Positions 29,419-40,090 of a DNA stretch of 64,000 nucleotides are shown here, in pieces. The stretch comes from Trueperaceae bacterium. Its GTDB lineage: Bacteria; Deinococcota; Deinococci; Deinococcales; Trueperaceae. Numbering within the stretch: position 1 is the stretch's first letter; each line of letters starts with the position of its first letter. The notes under the pieces are model-generated. The model saw only the letters and a program-made list of their open reading frames with translations, did no database searches and was not told the origin of the DNA. Location: assembly GCA_965214405.1 (NCBI GenBank), contig OZ243956.1, positions 608,001 to 672,000 on the forward strand, read 5' to 3'. A program made the position numbers and the translations under genes.

Positions 29419-30243
29419 GTGCTTCCCGTGCAAGCTCCACACCCGGAGGTTCTGCAAGCGTTCGGTGCCTCCGCGCCTCCTATCCTTTTGGAGGGCGGTC
29501 AGGGAACGGCGTACCGCGCGGGGAATATCGTTCTTAAACCTGCGCTCAGCCTCGAGGAGGCGCGGTGGGTGGCTCATGTTTACAGCACGGTAGAGCAAGA
29601 AGGGTTTAGGGTACCTCAGCCTGTTGCTACTCGAGCAGGGCAGTGGGTGTTTCGCGGCTGGACTGCCTGGCAACATTTAGACGGTCAGACCGTGCATGGC
29701 GACCGCTATGGGGAGAGTTTAGAGGTGAGCCAGGCGTTTCACCGGGCACTCAGGCCCTACCCGCGCCCGCATTTTCTCGACGTTCGGCAAGACCCCTGGT
29801 CACAGGCGGACCGCATCGTGTGGGAGGGCGCGGCCTGGGAGCCTCACCCACAAGTAGCAGAGGTTTACGCGAGGCTCACGAGCTTAACAAAGCCGCTCAC
29901 CCTAAAAGAGCAAGTGATACACGGCGATATTGAAGGAAACATCCTTTTCGCACCCAGTAAACTTCCCGCCGTCATCGACTTTAGCCCCTACTGGCGGCCC
30001 GCGGCGTTTGCTGAAGCCGTGTTGGTCATCGACGCGGTGATGTGGGAGGGTGCCCCGTGGAGCTTGGCGGGGTTGGCCGGTTCGGGAGAGAGTTTCCACC
30101 AGCTTCTCGTCCGCGCGGCGATGCGGAGATTGGCCGAGGTAGACCGTCACTATCAGCTTCGCGGTTTGCCCGAGAGCTACCTCAAGCAAGTGGGCAAGTT
30201 CGTAGAGGTGGCGCGTGAACTCGAGAGCCTGTCTTTAGGCTGA
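29419..30243 (+). CDS. Aminoglycoside phosphotransferase/kinase-like protein (TIGR02569-like)
   Basis: LEGGQG, VLKP, HGDIEGNILF, VIDFSPYWRP. Confidence 0.75.
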   Translation: MLPVQAPHPEVLQAFGASAPPILLEGGQGTAYRAGNIVLKPALSLEEARWVAHVYSTVEQEGFRVPQPVATRAGQWVFRGWTAWQHLDGQTVHGDRYGESLEVSQAFHRALRPYPRPHFLDVRQDPWSQADRIVWEGAAWEPHPQVAEVYARLTSLTKPLTLKEQVIHGDIEGNILFAPSKLPAVIDFSPYWRPAAFAEAVLVIDAVMWEGAPWSLAGLAGSGESFHQLLVRAAMRRLAEVDRHYQLRGLPESYLKQVGKFVEVARELESLSLG

Positions 30244-30373
30244 GTAGCCGCTTCTAAAGGTGTTATGTGTGGCAAAAGTGCGCGTATAGCAGAAAGCCTC
30301 AACCTCACAAATGGTAGCTTGAGAGTCTACACGTTTTAGTCACGTCTTTCTCGAGGAGAACGTCAGGAGACCC

Positions 30374-32524
30374 ATGTCAGACAGCTCACCCAATACAGCT
30401 ACCACAGCCAACAACCCAGCAAGCACGGCTTCAGACCTCGTGCAGTACAGCACCCACGGGCGCGTCGCCGTGTTGACCATCAACAACCCGCCCGTCAACG
30501 TCCTCTCCCCCGGCGTGCCCGAGAGCATCCTGGCGGGTTTGGCGCGCGGCAACGCCGACGATGAAGTGGCGGCGTTCGTGCTCATCGGCGGCGGGCGCTC
30601 CTTCATCGCGGGGGCGGATATCAAAACCTTTACTATGTCTCGAGAAGAAGCGCCGGACGTGCGCGGGCTCGTCGCGGGTTTAGAGGCGAGCGATAAACCC
30701 GCCGTCGCAGCGATGCACGGGAGCGCCTTGGGAGGCGGGCTCGAGGCCGCACTAGGCTGCCGCTACCGGGTCGCAAGTCCGGGCACGCGGTTGGGTCAGC
30801 CCGAGGTCAAGCTGGGCCTGTTGCCCGGCGCGGGCGGCACGCAGCGGCTCCCGCGGCTCGTCGGGCTCGAGGCGGCGCTTACGATGATTGTAAAAGGCGA
30901 CCCGGTCACGGCGGAGGAAGGGCTCGAGCTGGGGTTGGTGGATGAGCTGATTGAGGGTGACCTCTTGGAGGGCGCGCTGGCTTACGCGGAAGGCATTGTG
31001 GGGGAAACGCGGCCCAAAACGAGCGAGCTTACGGTAGAGTCCGCCGCACCTCTCGAGGCCGTCTTCACCTACGCACGCGCGGAAACGCAGAAGCGGGCGG
31101 GCGGGATGATTGCGCCGCTGCGCTGCATTGACGCGGTGGAGGCCGCCGCGACGCTCTCCTGGGACGAGGGCCTGGCGCGCGAGCGTGAGCTTTTTGAGGA
31201 ACTGCTTAACTCGGACCAGTCCAAGGCGCTCCGCCACATCTTTTTTGCCGAGCGTGAGGCCGCCAAGGTGCCGGGCTTGGAGGGCGTCAAGCCCAAGGCA
31301 GTCACGCGGGCCGCGGTCGTCGGCGCGGGCACGATGGGCGGCGGGATTGCCATGAACTTCGCCAACGCCGGGATTTCGGTAAAGGTGCTCGAGACGAGCG
31401 AAGAGAATTTGACACGCGGGATGAGCACCGTCCGCAAAAACTACCAGCGCACGGTGGACAAGGGACGGCTGACGCAAGAGGAGATGGACGAACGCGTGGG
31501 ACGGATTGAGGGGGTGCTCGAGTACAGCGCGCTGAGCGACGTGGATTTGGTTGTTGAAGCAGTATTTGAAGACATGAGCATCAAAAAAGAAGTCTTCGGC
31601 ACCCTCGACAAAGTCACACCCACGGACGCCATCCTCGCAACAAACACCTCGACGCTCGACGTGAACGAAATCGCGGCGGTGGTGTCCCATCCCGACAAGG
31701 TCCTCGGCACGCACTTTTTTTCGCCCGCCAACGTGATGAAACTTGTGGAGGTGGTCCGGGCAGACGAAACTTCGGCGGAAGCGCTCGCCACCGCGCTCGC
31801 GCTCGCCAAGGCGATGCGCAAAACGCCGGTCGTCGTGGGGGTGTGCGACGGCTTCGTGGGCAACCGCATGGTCCACGTGTACGTGCGCGAGGCGTTCTTT
31901 TTGGTCGAGGAGGGCGCGCTGCCGCAAGGAGTGGACGGGGTGATGCAGAATTTTGGCCTGGCGATGGGACCCTTTGCGATGGGCGACTTGGCGGGCCTCG
32001 ACGTGGGCTACCGCATCCGGCAGGCGCAAGCCCCGACAAGGAAGCCCGAAGAGCGGTACTCGAGCCTCGCCGACAAGGTGGTGGAGGCGGGCCGTCTGGG
32101 CCAAAAAACGGGCGCAGGCTTCTACCGCTACGAGGGCTCGCGCACGCCGCTTCCCGACCCGGAAATAGACGCGCTCGTGCTGGCGCATTCCGAAGAGGCG
32201 GGCTTTACGCGCCGCGACATCTCGGACGAAGAAATTTTGAAACGCCTCATGTACGCGCTCGTCAACGAGGGTGCTTACATATTAGAGGAGGGCATCGCGG
32301 CGCGCGCGGGCGACATCGACGTGATTTACGTTTACGGCTACGGCTTCCCCGCCTACCGGGGCGGCCCGATGTTCTACGCGGATACGGTGGGACTAAAAGA
32401 AGTTTATGCGGATGTCGAGCGGTTCTACAAAGAGTTTGGCGACCACTGGAAGCCCGCGCCGCTTCTCAAAAAGCTGGCGGAAGAGGGCGGGACCTTTAAC
32501 GGGTGGCGGGGGGAGAACGCGTGA
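30374..32524 (+). CDS. Enoyl-CoA hydratase/3-hydroxyacyl-CoA dehydrogenase (FadB/FadJ-like)
   Basis: [53 protein letters not shown]. Confidence 0.93.
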   Translation: MSDSSPNTATTANNPASTASDLVQYSTHGRVAVLTINNPPVNVLSPGVPESILAGLARGNADDEVAAFVLIGGGRSFIAGADIKTFTMSREEAPDVRGLVAGLEASDKPAVAAMHGSALGGGLEAALGCRYRVASPGTRLGQPEVKLGLLPGAGGTQRLPRLVGLEAALTMIVKGDPVTAEEGLELGLVDELIEGDLLEGALAYAEGIVGETRPKTSELTVESAAPLEAVFTYARAETQKRAGGMIAPLRCIDAVEAAATLSWDEGLARERELFEELLNSDQSKALRHIFFAEREAAKVPGLEGVKPKAVTRAAVVGAGTMGGGIAMNFANAGISVKVLETSEENLTRGMSTVRKNYQRTVDKGRLTQEEMDERVGRIEGVLEYSALSDVDLVVEAVFEDMSIKKEVFGTLDKVTPTDAILATNTSTLDVNEIAAVVSHPDKVLGTHFFSPANVMKLVEVVRADETSAEALATALALAKAMRKTPVVVGVCDGFVGNRMVHVYVREAFFLVEEGALPQGVDGVMQNFGLAMGPFAMGDLAGLDVGYRIRQAQAPTRKPEERYSSLADKVVEAGRLGQKTGAGFYRYEGSRTPLPDPEIDALVLAHSEEAGFTRRDISDEEILKRLMYALVNEGAYILEEGIAARAGDIDVIYVYGYGFPAYRGGPMFYADTVGLKEVYADVERFYKEFGDHWKPAPLLKKLAEEGGTFNGWRGENA

Positions 32525-32621
32525 TAGAGCTTGAGCGTTCCCGAACGCGCGAGGCTCGAGGGGTTAGACCCATTCTCACACCCACTGACAGAACACGCCT
32601 ACTGAAAGAAGAGGTAAACGC

Positions 32622-33935
32622 ATGACCGACACAACACTTCAACCTGACGCTGTTAAAGAGCCTCAGCTCGAGAGCCCGGCGCTGGCAAGACTCTTAGAAC
32701 TCGCCCCCTCAGAAGAGGCCTTGGCGGAGGTGGTGCGGGGGCTCGAGCGTGACAAGCGCACCCCCACCCCGCCCCCCGTCAACGGCGACTTCTACGAGGT
32801 GATGGACACCTTTAGCGAGGACGAAAAACGGGTGCAGCGCGTTTTACGCGCCTTTTTCGCGCGTGAGATTGACCCCATTATCAATGACTATTGGGACCGC
32901 GGGGAGTTTCCCAGGGAGGTCGTTCCCAAGTTTGGGGCGCTCGTCGAGGAACTTTTTGGCCCCTATAAGCCCGGCATGTCCCTCAAGCGTTCCGGGGTGG
33001 TGTCGCTCGAGATGGGCCGCGGCGACCCCTCGATGTCGACCTTTTTCGGGGTGCATTGGGGGCTCTGCATGACCTCGATTGACTCTTTCGGCTCGCCCGA
33101 GCAAAAGGCGCGCTGGCTGCCCGCCATGTACCGCTTTGAAAAAATCGGCTCCTGGGCGCTCACCGAGCCCCTGGTGGGCTCCGCGGCGGCGGGAGGTCTG
33201 GGCACCACCGCGACGCGTAAGGGCGACACCTGGACCCTCAACGGCGAGAAGAAGTGGAGCGGCAACGCGACCCTTGCCGACGTCAACGTGATTTGGGCCA
33301 AGGACACCGCGGACGGACAAGTCAAGGGCTTTTTGGTCGAGAAGGGAACGCCGGGGTATCACGTCGAGAAGCTGCACGGCAAAATCGCCAAGCGCGCGAT
33401 TGACAATGTGCTGATTGGCCTCGAGGATGTGACCCTCTCCGAACATGACCGCCTGCCGGGCGTAAATTCCTTCAAGGACGTCGCCACGCAGCTCGCCAGC
33501 GGGCGCGCGGGGGTCGCCTGGGAAGCGGTGGGCATCGCGCTGGCGGCGTACGAGCACGCGCTCGACTACTGCAACAAACGCGCGCAGTTCGGTCGCCCCA
33601 TCACCTCGTTTCAGCTCGTTCAGGCGCAACTAGTCGGGATGCTCGGCAACGTGACCGCGATGCTCACGATGATGAACCGGCTTGCGGAACTCGAGAAACG
33701 CGACGGCGGCATCTCGCACGAGCGCGCGAGCCTCGCCAAAGCCTGGTGTACGGAACGGATGCGCGACACCGTCGCCACCGCTCGAGGCGTGGTCGGCGGC
33801 AACGGGATTTTGTTGGAGCACCAGATTGCCCGCTTTTTTGCCGACGCCGAGGCGGTCTATTCGTACGAGGGGTCGTGGGAGATGAACACGCTTATCGTCG
33901 GGCGGGCCATCACGGGCGTGAGCGCGTTTGTGTAA
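32622..33935 (+). CDS. Acyl-CoA dehydrogenase (glutaryl-CoA DH-like)
   Basis: WALTEP, LNGEKKW, RAQFGRPI, YSYEG. Confidence 0.9.
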   Translation: MTDTTLQPDAVKEPQLESPALARLLELAPSEEALAEVVRGLERDKRTPTPPPVNGDFYEVMDTFSEDEKRVQRVLRAFFAREIDPIINDYWDRGEFPREVVPKFGALVEELFGPYKPGMSLKRSGVVSLEMGRGDPSMSTFFGVHWGLCMTSIDSFGSPEQKARWLPAMYRFEKIGSWALTEPLVGSAAAGGLGTTATRKGDTWTLNGEKKWSGNATLADVNVIWAKDTADGQVKGFLVEKGTPGYHVEKLHGKIAKRAIDNVLIGLEDVTLSEHDRLPGVNSFKDVATQLASGRAGVAWEAVGIALAAYEHALDYCNKRAQFGRPITSFQLVQAQLVGMLGNVTAMLTMMNRLAELEKRDGGISHERASLAKAWCTERMRDTVATARGVVGGNGILLEHQIARFFADAEAVYSYEGSWEMNTLIVGRAITGVSAFV

Positions 33936-34038
33936 AGGTGAGGAATTTGTGGGGAGGGCGCTGCTCTCCCCCGCTGACAACGCCTGATCGAGTCTCGAGT
34001 CCCGATATTCAGTGAATATGCAAAAAAGTCACTCACTC

Positions 34039-34062
34039 AACAAGGGGTTGCAACCCCTTGTT
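34039..34062. repeat. Perfect 24-bp palindrome between convergent genes (REP-like or bidirectional terminator)
   Basis: AACAAGGGGTTG|CAACCCCTTGTT. Confidence 0.7.
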
Positions 34063-34170
34063 TTGTGGCACATTTAGCGCTCCCATTCTCGAGAGTACCG
34101 CAAACGTGTGAGACGACCGGGTTGACGCCCAAAACCGGCTCGGCCTCTCTCTCACCCTCTTTTAACAGAG

Positions 34171-35070
34171 TCACTGTTTAGCAAAGTCTGCGATAAGACT
34201 GGCTAACCTTTCCGCCTTGTCCTCCTGCAAAAAGTGCCCGCCGCCCTCTATCATCACGTGCGGCTGACCTTTCGCGCCGGGAATGTTTGTCTGAAAGGCC
34301 TCTTCACCGCCTTTAGTCACGGGGTCACCGTCGCTAAAGGCGGTCAGGACCGGCTTGTCGAAACGCGCCAGCACGCCCCAGGCCGCGCGGTTGTCCGCCG
34401 CGCCGGGGCCTTCAGGTGTGGTGGGGACGAGCATCGGGAGAACGCGCGCGGCGGCCTTGTAAGTTTCGTCGGGAAAAGGCGCGTCGTAGGCGGCAACTTC
34501 GGCGTCGGAGAGCGTTCGCTCGGTGCCGCCCTGGACGACGCCGCCCACCGGCAGCTCGGGCAGGTTTTGCGACATCGCTTGCCACGCTCTAAACGCCTCG
34601 GGCATCTCCCCCTCGCCTGTCGGCAACCCCGTATTGGCGATAACGAGGCGCGCGAAACGTTCCGGCGCGGCGGCGACCAGGCGCAGGCCGATGAGCCCGC
34701 CCCAGTCCTGGCAAAACAGAGTAATGTCTTCTAAGTTTAGCGCGTCAAAAAGCGCCGCGCGCATCCAGTCGACCTGACGCTGATAGGTGTGGTCGGTTCG
34801 CTCGCTGGGTTTGTCCGAGCGGCCAAAACCGACGAGGTCGGGCGCGACGACGCGAAAGCCCGCCGCGACAAGGGGCGGAATCATGTGGCGGTAGAGGTAG
34901 GACCAGGTGGGCTCGCCGTGCAAGAGGAGCACGGTCTCGCCTGCGCCCTCATCTAAATAGTGGACGCGCAGCTCGCCGCCTTCAAAGTCGGGGACATTCA
35001 GGTAGTGCGGCGCGAAGGGGTAGTCGGGGAGGTCGCGGAAGCGTTCGTCGGGGGTTTGTAAGATGTTCAT
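34171..35070 (-). CDS. Haloalkane dehalogenase
   Basis: [18 protein letters not shown] nucleophile elbow, GHFLQED. Confidence 0.9.
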   Translation of the reverse strand: MNILQTPDERFRDLPDYPFAPHYLNVPDFEGGELRVHYLDEGAGETVLLLHGEPTWSYLYRHMIPPLVAAGFRVVAPDLVGFGRSDKPSERTDHTYQRQVDWMRAALFDALNLEDITLFCQDWGGLIGLRLVAAAPERFARLVIANTGLPTGEGEMPEAFRAWQAMSQNLPELPVGGVVQGGTERTLSDAEVAAYDAPFPDETYKAAARVLPMLVPTTPEGPGAADNRAAWGVLARFDKPVLTAFSDGDPVTKGGEEAFQTNIPGAKGQPHVMIEGGGHFLQEDKAERLASLIADFAKQ

Positions 35071-35199
35071 GGTGTCTCCTTAGAGGGAACCCTAGAAAGG
35101 TGTGGGGTTGGAGGAGGATAGAAAGCGAATGTTAGGGACGAGACGAGCAGGTGGGGTTGGACACGTTTCTGTCACGAAACTTTTTATTACAGGGCTTTT

Positions 35200-36648
35200 C
35201 TACGACCGGGCCTCGAGCCGCGCCCTTATATCAGCGTAACGTTCGCGGGTAAGCGGATAAAAGTAAGCCAGCGGGAGACTCAGCAGGAGCAAAACGGCGG
35301 GCACGACGCTCACGAGGAGGCGCAGCGTGATCAAGACCGCGTCGGGTTGGGTCACGACTTCACCGGCAACGCTCGGCGTGAGGTAACCGGCGGCCTCCAA
35401 GGCGAAGCCCGACGCCGCCAACCCCACCGACAGCCCCAGCTTTTGCGAAAAGACGAACATCCCGTAGAACACGCCCTCGCGCCGCCGCCCGGTGCGCAGC
35501 TCGTCCTCATCGACCACGTCGGGCAGCATACTCCAGGGGATGAGGTAGGCGACCGCGCCCCCCATCCCGATAAAGCTCGAGGCGAGATAGTAGAGCGCGA
35601 CCTCGCCGCGCGGCACGAGGTAAAGAGCCGCTAATCCCAAGGCCCACATCGACACCCCCGCCACGTACACGCCCCTTTTGCCGATGCGGTGACTCAAGCG
35701 CTCCCACACGCCCAAAAAAAGGATGGCTGTCACCTGAAACGCCAAGATGATGCCCGTAAAATGCGACTCGACCTCTGCGTAGTAGCGGATAAAGAGCAGC
35801 AGGTTGTTTTGGACTAAAAGCAACGTGAGCCACGAAAAAAAGTAGATGCCGGTGGCGAAAAGAAACGAGCGGCTTTGAAAGGCCTCACGAAATTCCCCGA
35901 CAACGCCGCTTAGATTTCCGGCTGAGGCCGCGCGGCCATACCCATACGACGCCTCGAGCGGCGTCGTTTCATCCTGCGAATCAACCGGCGTCGGTTCAAT
36001 CGGGGTCAGCTCGTACGTGTAGCGAAAGGTGAAAAGGAGGCTCAGCACGATAAACAAGCCCCATACACCCGCGCTTATCAAATTACCCGAGAACACGTCT
36101 CCGCCCAAGCCGACCAACAGCGGGTGGAGCGTGACGGCTAAGAGGCTGCCAATGAGGTTAAACGAGAAGCGGTAGGTATTGAGGCTCGTGCGCGCGTCGT
36201 AGTCGCGGGTGAGTTCGGGCGTCAGCGCGCCGTAGGGGATGCCCACCACCGTAAAGGCGGTGCGGAAGAGCAGCGCCACGCCGAGGTAGTACGCGAACAA
36301 AGCTGCCCCTTGCAGGTCCGGCACAACCCAGTTGAGCACGTAAGCCAAACCGAAGGGCACCGCGCCAAAAAGAATCCAGGGGCGCTTGCGGCCCCAGCGC
36401 GTCCGGGTCCGGTCGGACCACACGCCCACCACGGGGTCGGTGACCGCGTCCCAGATTTGCGCGAGGAGAAAAATGACGCCGACCGCGCCGGGACGCAGCC
36501 CGGCCACGTCGAGCAAAAAGGCGGTCAGGAAAAAGCCCGTGATGGTGACGACCGCAGCGCCGCCCATATCGCCCACCCCGTAGGCGACCTTGGTGAGACG
36601 GGTAAGGCGCTCCTCTTGAACGGGTTTGGCAACAGGTTGTGTGGTCAC
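35200..36648 (-). CDS. GPH family (MelB-like) MFS symporter
   Basis: WDAVTDP, SDRTRTRWGRKRPW, PWSMLPDVVD, RREG; GAGGAGG RBS before GTG. Confidence 0.88.
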   Translation of the reverse strand: MTTQPVAKPVQEERLTRLTKVAYGVGDMGGAAVVTITGFFLTAFLLDVAGLRPGAVGVIFLLAQIWDAVTDPVVGVWSDRTRTRWGRKRPWILFGAVPFGLAYVLNWVVPDLQGAALFAYYLGVALLFRTAFTVVGIPYGALTPELTRDYDARTSLNTYRFSFNLIGSLLAVTLHPLLVGLGGDVFSGNLISAGVWGLFIVLSLLFTFRYTYELTPIEPTPVDSQDETTPLEASYGYGRAASAGNLSGVVGEFREAFQSRSFLFATGIYFFSWLTLLLVQNNLLLFIRYYAEVESHFTGIILAFQVTAILFLGVWERLSHRIGKRGVYVAGVSMWALGLAALYLVPRGEVALYYLASSFIGMGGAVAYLIPWSMLPDVVDEDELRTGRRREGVFYGMFVFSQKLGLSVGLAASGFALEAAGYLTPSVAGEVVTQPDAVLITLRLLVSVVPAVLLLLSLPLAYFYPLTRERYADIRARLEARS

Positions 36649-36882
36649 CGAACAACCTCCTCGAAGGGGCTTGGCTTTCACGCACATGAGCACTTCACCC
36701 TCTTGTACGCCGATGTCCCAGCGGTGCTCCGGCAGGTACAAAGGAACGGCAAGAAAGGTGCAAAAAACGTCTTTACCCTTTAGCCAATAATAGTATCAGA
36801 ATTTGGGGCAGGACGTCGTGAGAAGAGGAGCAGAAAGCCGTCACGCTTCTTTTTCTCAGCAATGCGCTAGGTGCGCCTTCTG

Positions 36883-36983
36883 GCTCGAGCCGAGGGCGTT
36901 CGAGGGCTAGCGTCACCCCGGGTAAGGGGTTTAGCTTGCCTTACGTGCATATTTTGGCAAGCTGACGAGGGGGAAGGCTCGAG
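36883..36983. repeat. CTCGAG-bounded stem-loop repeat, copy A
   Basis: GCTCGAGCCGAGGGCG...CTAGCGTCA...AGCTTGCC/GGCAAGCT GACGAGGGGGAAGGCTCGAG; aligns with copies B and C. Confidence 0.8.
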
Positions 36984-37064
36984 TTGTTTAAGGTGAGGGC
37001 TCAAGGTAGAACTCAAGACGGTAACGGAAGTGACGGTAGATGACTTGTTAAGCTCTCAGCGCCG

Positions 37065-37463
37065 TCAACCGTAGTGTCCCCTCGTCAACAAAACGCGGCG
37101 TTCCAGCAGACGCTCTTCGTCGTTAAAGCGCAGCAAAAAGGCGGTCGAGCGCCCCTCGGGCGTACTGCCTAGGATACGCTCACCCTCCAAAAAGAAGTGG
37201 TCCGCCCAGCGCTGTGTGCGCGGGTCGAACAGGCGCGTCACTTCACCTGTTTCCGGGTCAACGGAACTCAGGTTCGGTCCCTTGTAGCGGTTACACACGG
37301 CGCAGCAGAAAGCCAGGTTGGTGTCACCGTCCGCTCCGCCGTGTTGTCTGGCGACGACGTGGTCGAGTTGGTGGGGTAGCAGGGCTTGTGTTTGGGGGAA
37401 AAGACAGTATTCGCAGCGCCCCCGCGCCCGCCGCTGTACGCGCTCGCGGAGTGCTTCACTCAC
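37065..37463 (-). CDS. HNH endonuclease
   Basis: CEYC, DHVVARQHGG, NLAFCCAVCNRYKG, LFDPR.QRW.DHF. Confidence 0.9.
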   Translation of the reverse strand: MSEALRERVQRRARGRCEYCLFPQTQALLPHQLDHVVARQHGGADGDTNLAFCCAVCNRYKGPNLSSVDPETGEVTRLFDPRTQRWADHFFLEGERILGSTPEGRSTAFLLRFNDEERLLERRVLLTRGHYG

Positions 37464-37807
37464 GCATCCGTCAGTTCGTCGGCAAGGTTGGCTTTAACAA
37501 GTCGCACCACGTGCTCGAGTCTCAGGTACTCGTCAAGCTCCTGGGCTTCGGCGTCACTCAGGACGCCCTCGCGGTTTCGTGTGAGCAGCTCTGCCACGCG
37601 CTTTTGTGACGCCTCGGGGAGCCGGTAGCCGTGAACCTCTCGTGGGGTCGGGTTCGAGACCAGAAACGCCACCAAGTCGCTTGCCGCTCCTTGGGCGGGC
37701 GTCTTGAGCGTGAGCAGGCTCAGCTCCAAAATGGCAGGCAGCCAGCGGCTAAAAGGCTCTACGCGCTGCTTGAGCTGTTCCGGCAGGTTCAAGGTCAGAG
37801 ACGCCAT
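37460..37807 (-). CDS. Hypothetical protein coupled to HNH (putative antitoxin)
   Basis: N-terminal LTLNLPEQL, PTPREV, LL.RNREG.LS..E..ELDEY; 4-bp overlap with HNH. Confidence 0.7.
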   Translation of the reverse strand: MASLTLNLPEQLKQRVEPFSRWLPAILELSLLTLKTPAQGAASDLVAFLVSNPTPREVHGYRLPEASQKRVAELLTRNREGVLSDAEAQELDEYLRLEHVVRLVKANLADELTDA

Positions 37808-37841
37808 GCAGCTAGCTTAGCAAACTTACAAGCTCCGGTAC

Positions 37842-37960
37842 GCTCGAGCCGAGGGCGCTTGAGGACTAGCGTCAACTTGAGCAAGGTCTTGTCTCGAGCC
37901 TGCCCAAGCGGGTCGTGCGTACTTTTTTGGGCAGGCTGACGAGGGTGAAGGCTCGAGCCT
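37842..37960. repeat. CTCGAG-bounded stem-loop repeat, copy B
   Basis: GCTCGAGCCGAGGGCG...CTAGCGTCA...AGCCTGCCCAA/TTGGGCAGGCT GACGAGGGTGAAGGCTCGAGCCT. Confidence 0.85.
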
Positions 37961-37976
37961 CTATATAGTTCGGTAG

Positions 37977-38360
37977 TTACGCGGCCTCGAGGTCGGTCCG
38001 TGAGAAGTCCTCACCCTTAAAAAGCAGCGGTTCACCCCGCCGCTTGGCGAGCGCGTAGGCGAAGCAGTCGCCGAAGTTCAGGCCTGCTCGGTGCTTTCCC
38101 TTGCCATATTTTGCGTAGGCACCCAAGGCAAGTTCGGCTTGTTGAGCGTCAAAAGGAACCACGGTGACGGCTGTTTGGAGATAGAAGGTTAAATCCCGCA
38201 CCCCTTCGTAGCTGTAACGCGCCTCGATGACGATAGCCGTCTCTAAATAAGAACCCGCCGAGACGAAACAACCTCCCGCCCCGGCGATTTTCTCGTTGAA
38301 GGTGCGGCGTTCCGGCTCGTTAGAAAGGATGGCGACTAAAGCCGATGTGTCGACAACCAT
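37977..38360 (-). CDS. PIN-domain toxin VapC
   Basis: VVDTSALVAIL, YLETA, GKGKH.AGLNFGDCFAYA, LLFKGEDF. Confidence 0.93.
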   Translation of the reverse strand: MVVDTSALVAILSNEPERRTFNEKIAGAGGCFVSAGSYLETAIVIEARYSYEGVRDLTFYLQTAVTVVPFDAQQAELALGAYAKYGKGKHRAGLNFGDCFAYALAKRRGEPLLFKGEDFSRTDLEAA

Positions 38361-38571
38361 TATTCTGGCATCCCCTGCTCGTTATAGCCGAGGATGGCGT
38401 CGGCGGGACGGTCGTCTCGAACGGGCAGGGAAGCGCAGTGCTCGGCGATGACCTCGAGCTTGTCCAGGAGCGGCGCGCTTCTCTGCTCAGTTTTCCTCAG
38501 TGCCTCCCTGAGCGCCCCAACAACGGCCTGCGTCATGCTTTGCCCCGTCACGTGAGCTAGCTTGCGTGCTA

Positions 38572-39491
38572 GGGTCTGTCTGACTAATCAAAGCCAGAGG
38601 ATGATGGAGGCGAGGAGCACACCAGCACGGTAGTTTCTGCCGCGTTTGTCGTAGCGGGTGGCAACGGCGCGAAAGTCTTTAAGTCGGTTGATGCAGCGTT
38701 CGACCACGTTACGTCCTTTGTAGGCTTGCTTATCGAAAGCAGGAGGTCGTCCACCTTTTGTGCCCTTAGACAAGCGAGACTTCTTGGCATCTTCGCGCTC
38801 GGGGCTGATACAGATGATGCCCCTGCGCCTTAGTATCTTCCGCTGCTTGTTGAAACCATAAGCGCGGTCGAGTCTAAGCTGAGGGGGGCGCTTACGCGGT
38901 CGCCCTCTGCCAAGGCGGGGCACATAAATCTCGTCCAAGACCGGCTCTAGCCAAGCGGCGTCGTTGCGCTGTCCCGCCGTGATGACCACGGACAGGGGTC
39001 GCACTTTGCCGTCCGCGCAGGTATGCACCTTGCTGGTGTGGCCTCCGCGTGAGTGTCCCAGCCACTCGTCTGCTAAGGTCCCCTTTTTTCACCCTCAGCA
39101 GGCCGCTTCCTCGCCCCGCTGGCGCTGCGGTGCGCTTTAATATGAGAGCTGTCTAACGCTGCGCCGTCCCAATCAATCTCACCCGCCGCATCGGCGTGAG
39201 CTTGAAGCCTGTGCAGGATGCGCTTCCAGACACCGTTGCGCTCCCACCTCGTGAAGCGGTCCCAGCAGGTCTGCCAAGGTCCGTAGCGTTCAGGAACGTC
39301 GCGCCAGGGAGCGCCTGTTTTCAAGCGCCACGAAATGCCGTTGATGACCTGTCGGTGGTTGCGGTAGTTGTGACCCCGTTGGGGATTGGGGGGTAGATGC
39401 GGTTTTAGTGCTTGCCACTGCTGCTCTTTTAGGTCTGTTCGTGCCATACGCCTACCCTAAACCATCTTCATCCCTTCTGTCAGACAGACCC
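38572..39491 (-). mobile_element. IS5-family insertion sequence (IS427-like), 920 bp
   Basis: 13-bp perfect terminal IRs GGGTCTGTCTGAC; TA duplication at a CTAG site; two-ORF transposase. Confidence 0.93.
38588..39447 (-). CDS. IS5-family transposase, two ORFs joined by probable -1 frameshift
   Basis: [56 protein letters not shown] slippery site near 39083-39089. Confidence 0.9.
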
Positions 39492-39589
39492 TAGCTCATG
39501 CGCCTCACTATTCTTGATGTTGAGTGCGTTTCTTCCTTCTTTCATATTTTCTACCATACTACAAAACGCATCTGGTCGTGGGGGTAGCT

Positions 39590-39803
39590 TTACGCGCCTT
39601 CGCCGAGCCAGAACTCGTCTGGAGGTGGCCCGTCAAAATCATCCCCAACAACGGTTTGTCCCTCACGCAATCCTGCAGTACGCGGTTCTTTTCGAACGGC
39701 TTTCCCTCTCTTGTCAAGCAAAAAGACTGCAAAGTCGTAGACCTCATTTTTGTAGTTCGCTGGGTAGCTGGTCTAAAAGGTTGTGGAGGTTTGAGCCGTC
39801 CAT
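39590..39803 (-). pseudogene. DUF2281-like antitoxin with a 1-nt frameshift
   Basis: MDGSNLHNLLDQLPSELQ / EVYDFAVFLL..R.AGL..G...GDDFDGP.PDEFW; extra base in an A5 run near 39747-39751 gives TGA. Confidence 0.7.
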
Positions 39804-40009
39804 AATTTTAGTTTACTCGGGCCTCCTCTCTTTCTTACCCACACATTCAATGTGTCTTCTTGAGACGAGCGCATTCTACCGAAACTCTGTAGCGCTGGCT
39901 CGAGCCTCTTTTATTTGTTACAAACCGCCGACTACACACCGTTAGGGCTCGAGTTCACCCCCGGTTAGAGCGTGGGCTCGAGCGCAACGTGGTGTGTCCT
40001 ACCAGGCGC

Positions 40010-40090
40010 GAGCGAGGTCTTGTCTCGAGCTCGCCTAAAAAGTCATGCCTACCTTTTCGGGTAGGCTGACGAGGGTGAAGGCTCGAGCCT
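40010..40090. repeat. CTCGAG-bounded stem-loop repeat, copy C (partial)
   Basis: AGGTCTTGTCTCGAGC...GGTAGGCTGACGAGGGTGAAGGCTCGAGCCT, near-identical ends to copy B. Confidence 0.8.

Larger units (their letters stand above)
38360..39545 (-). pseudogene. VapB antitoxin interrupted by IS5-family element
   Basis: Removing 38572-39491 and one TA copy restores MKEGRNALNIKNSEAHELARKLAHVTGQSMTQAVV...DAILGYNEQGMPE. Confidence 0.88.

Noticed and set aside
30752..32188. 478-aa antisense ORF (also 53796-54641, 16954-17739, 21517-22341 and similar)
   Set aside because: Shadow ORFs opposite well-supported genes, expected with high GC3.
37893..37957. Hammerhead ribozyme in the repeat (conserved CTGACGA after a hairpin)
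   Set aside because: No GAAA core (GAAG or GAG instead), no proper stem II and no UH cleavage site in register; a covariance-model scan would settle it.
39514..39945. 143-aa plus-strand ORF and overlapping 93-aa ORF
   Set aside because: No motifs; better explained by the minus-strand vapB 5' end and the DUF2281-like pseudogene.
36883..40090. Classical integron attC array
   Set aside because: Repeats lack paired RYYYAAC/GTTRRRY boxes and no IntI is in the window.
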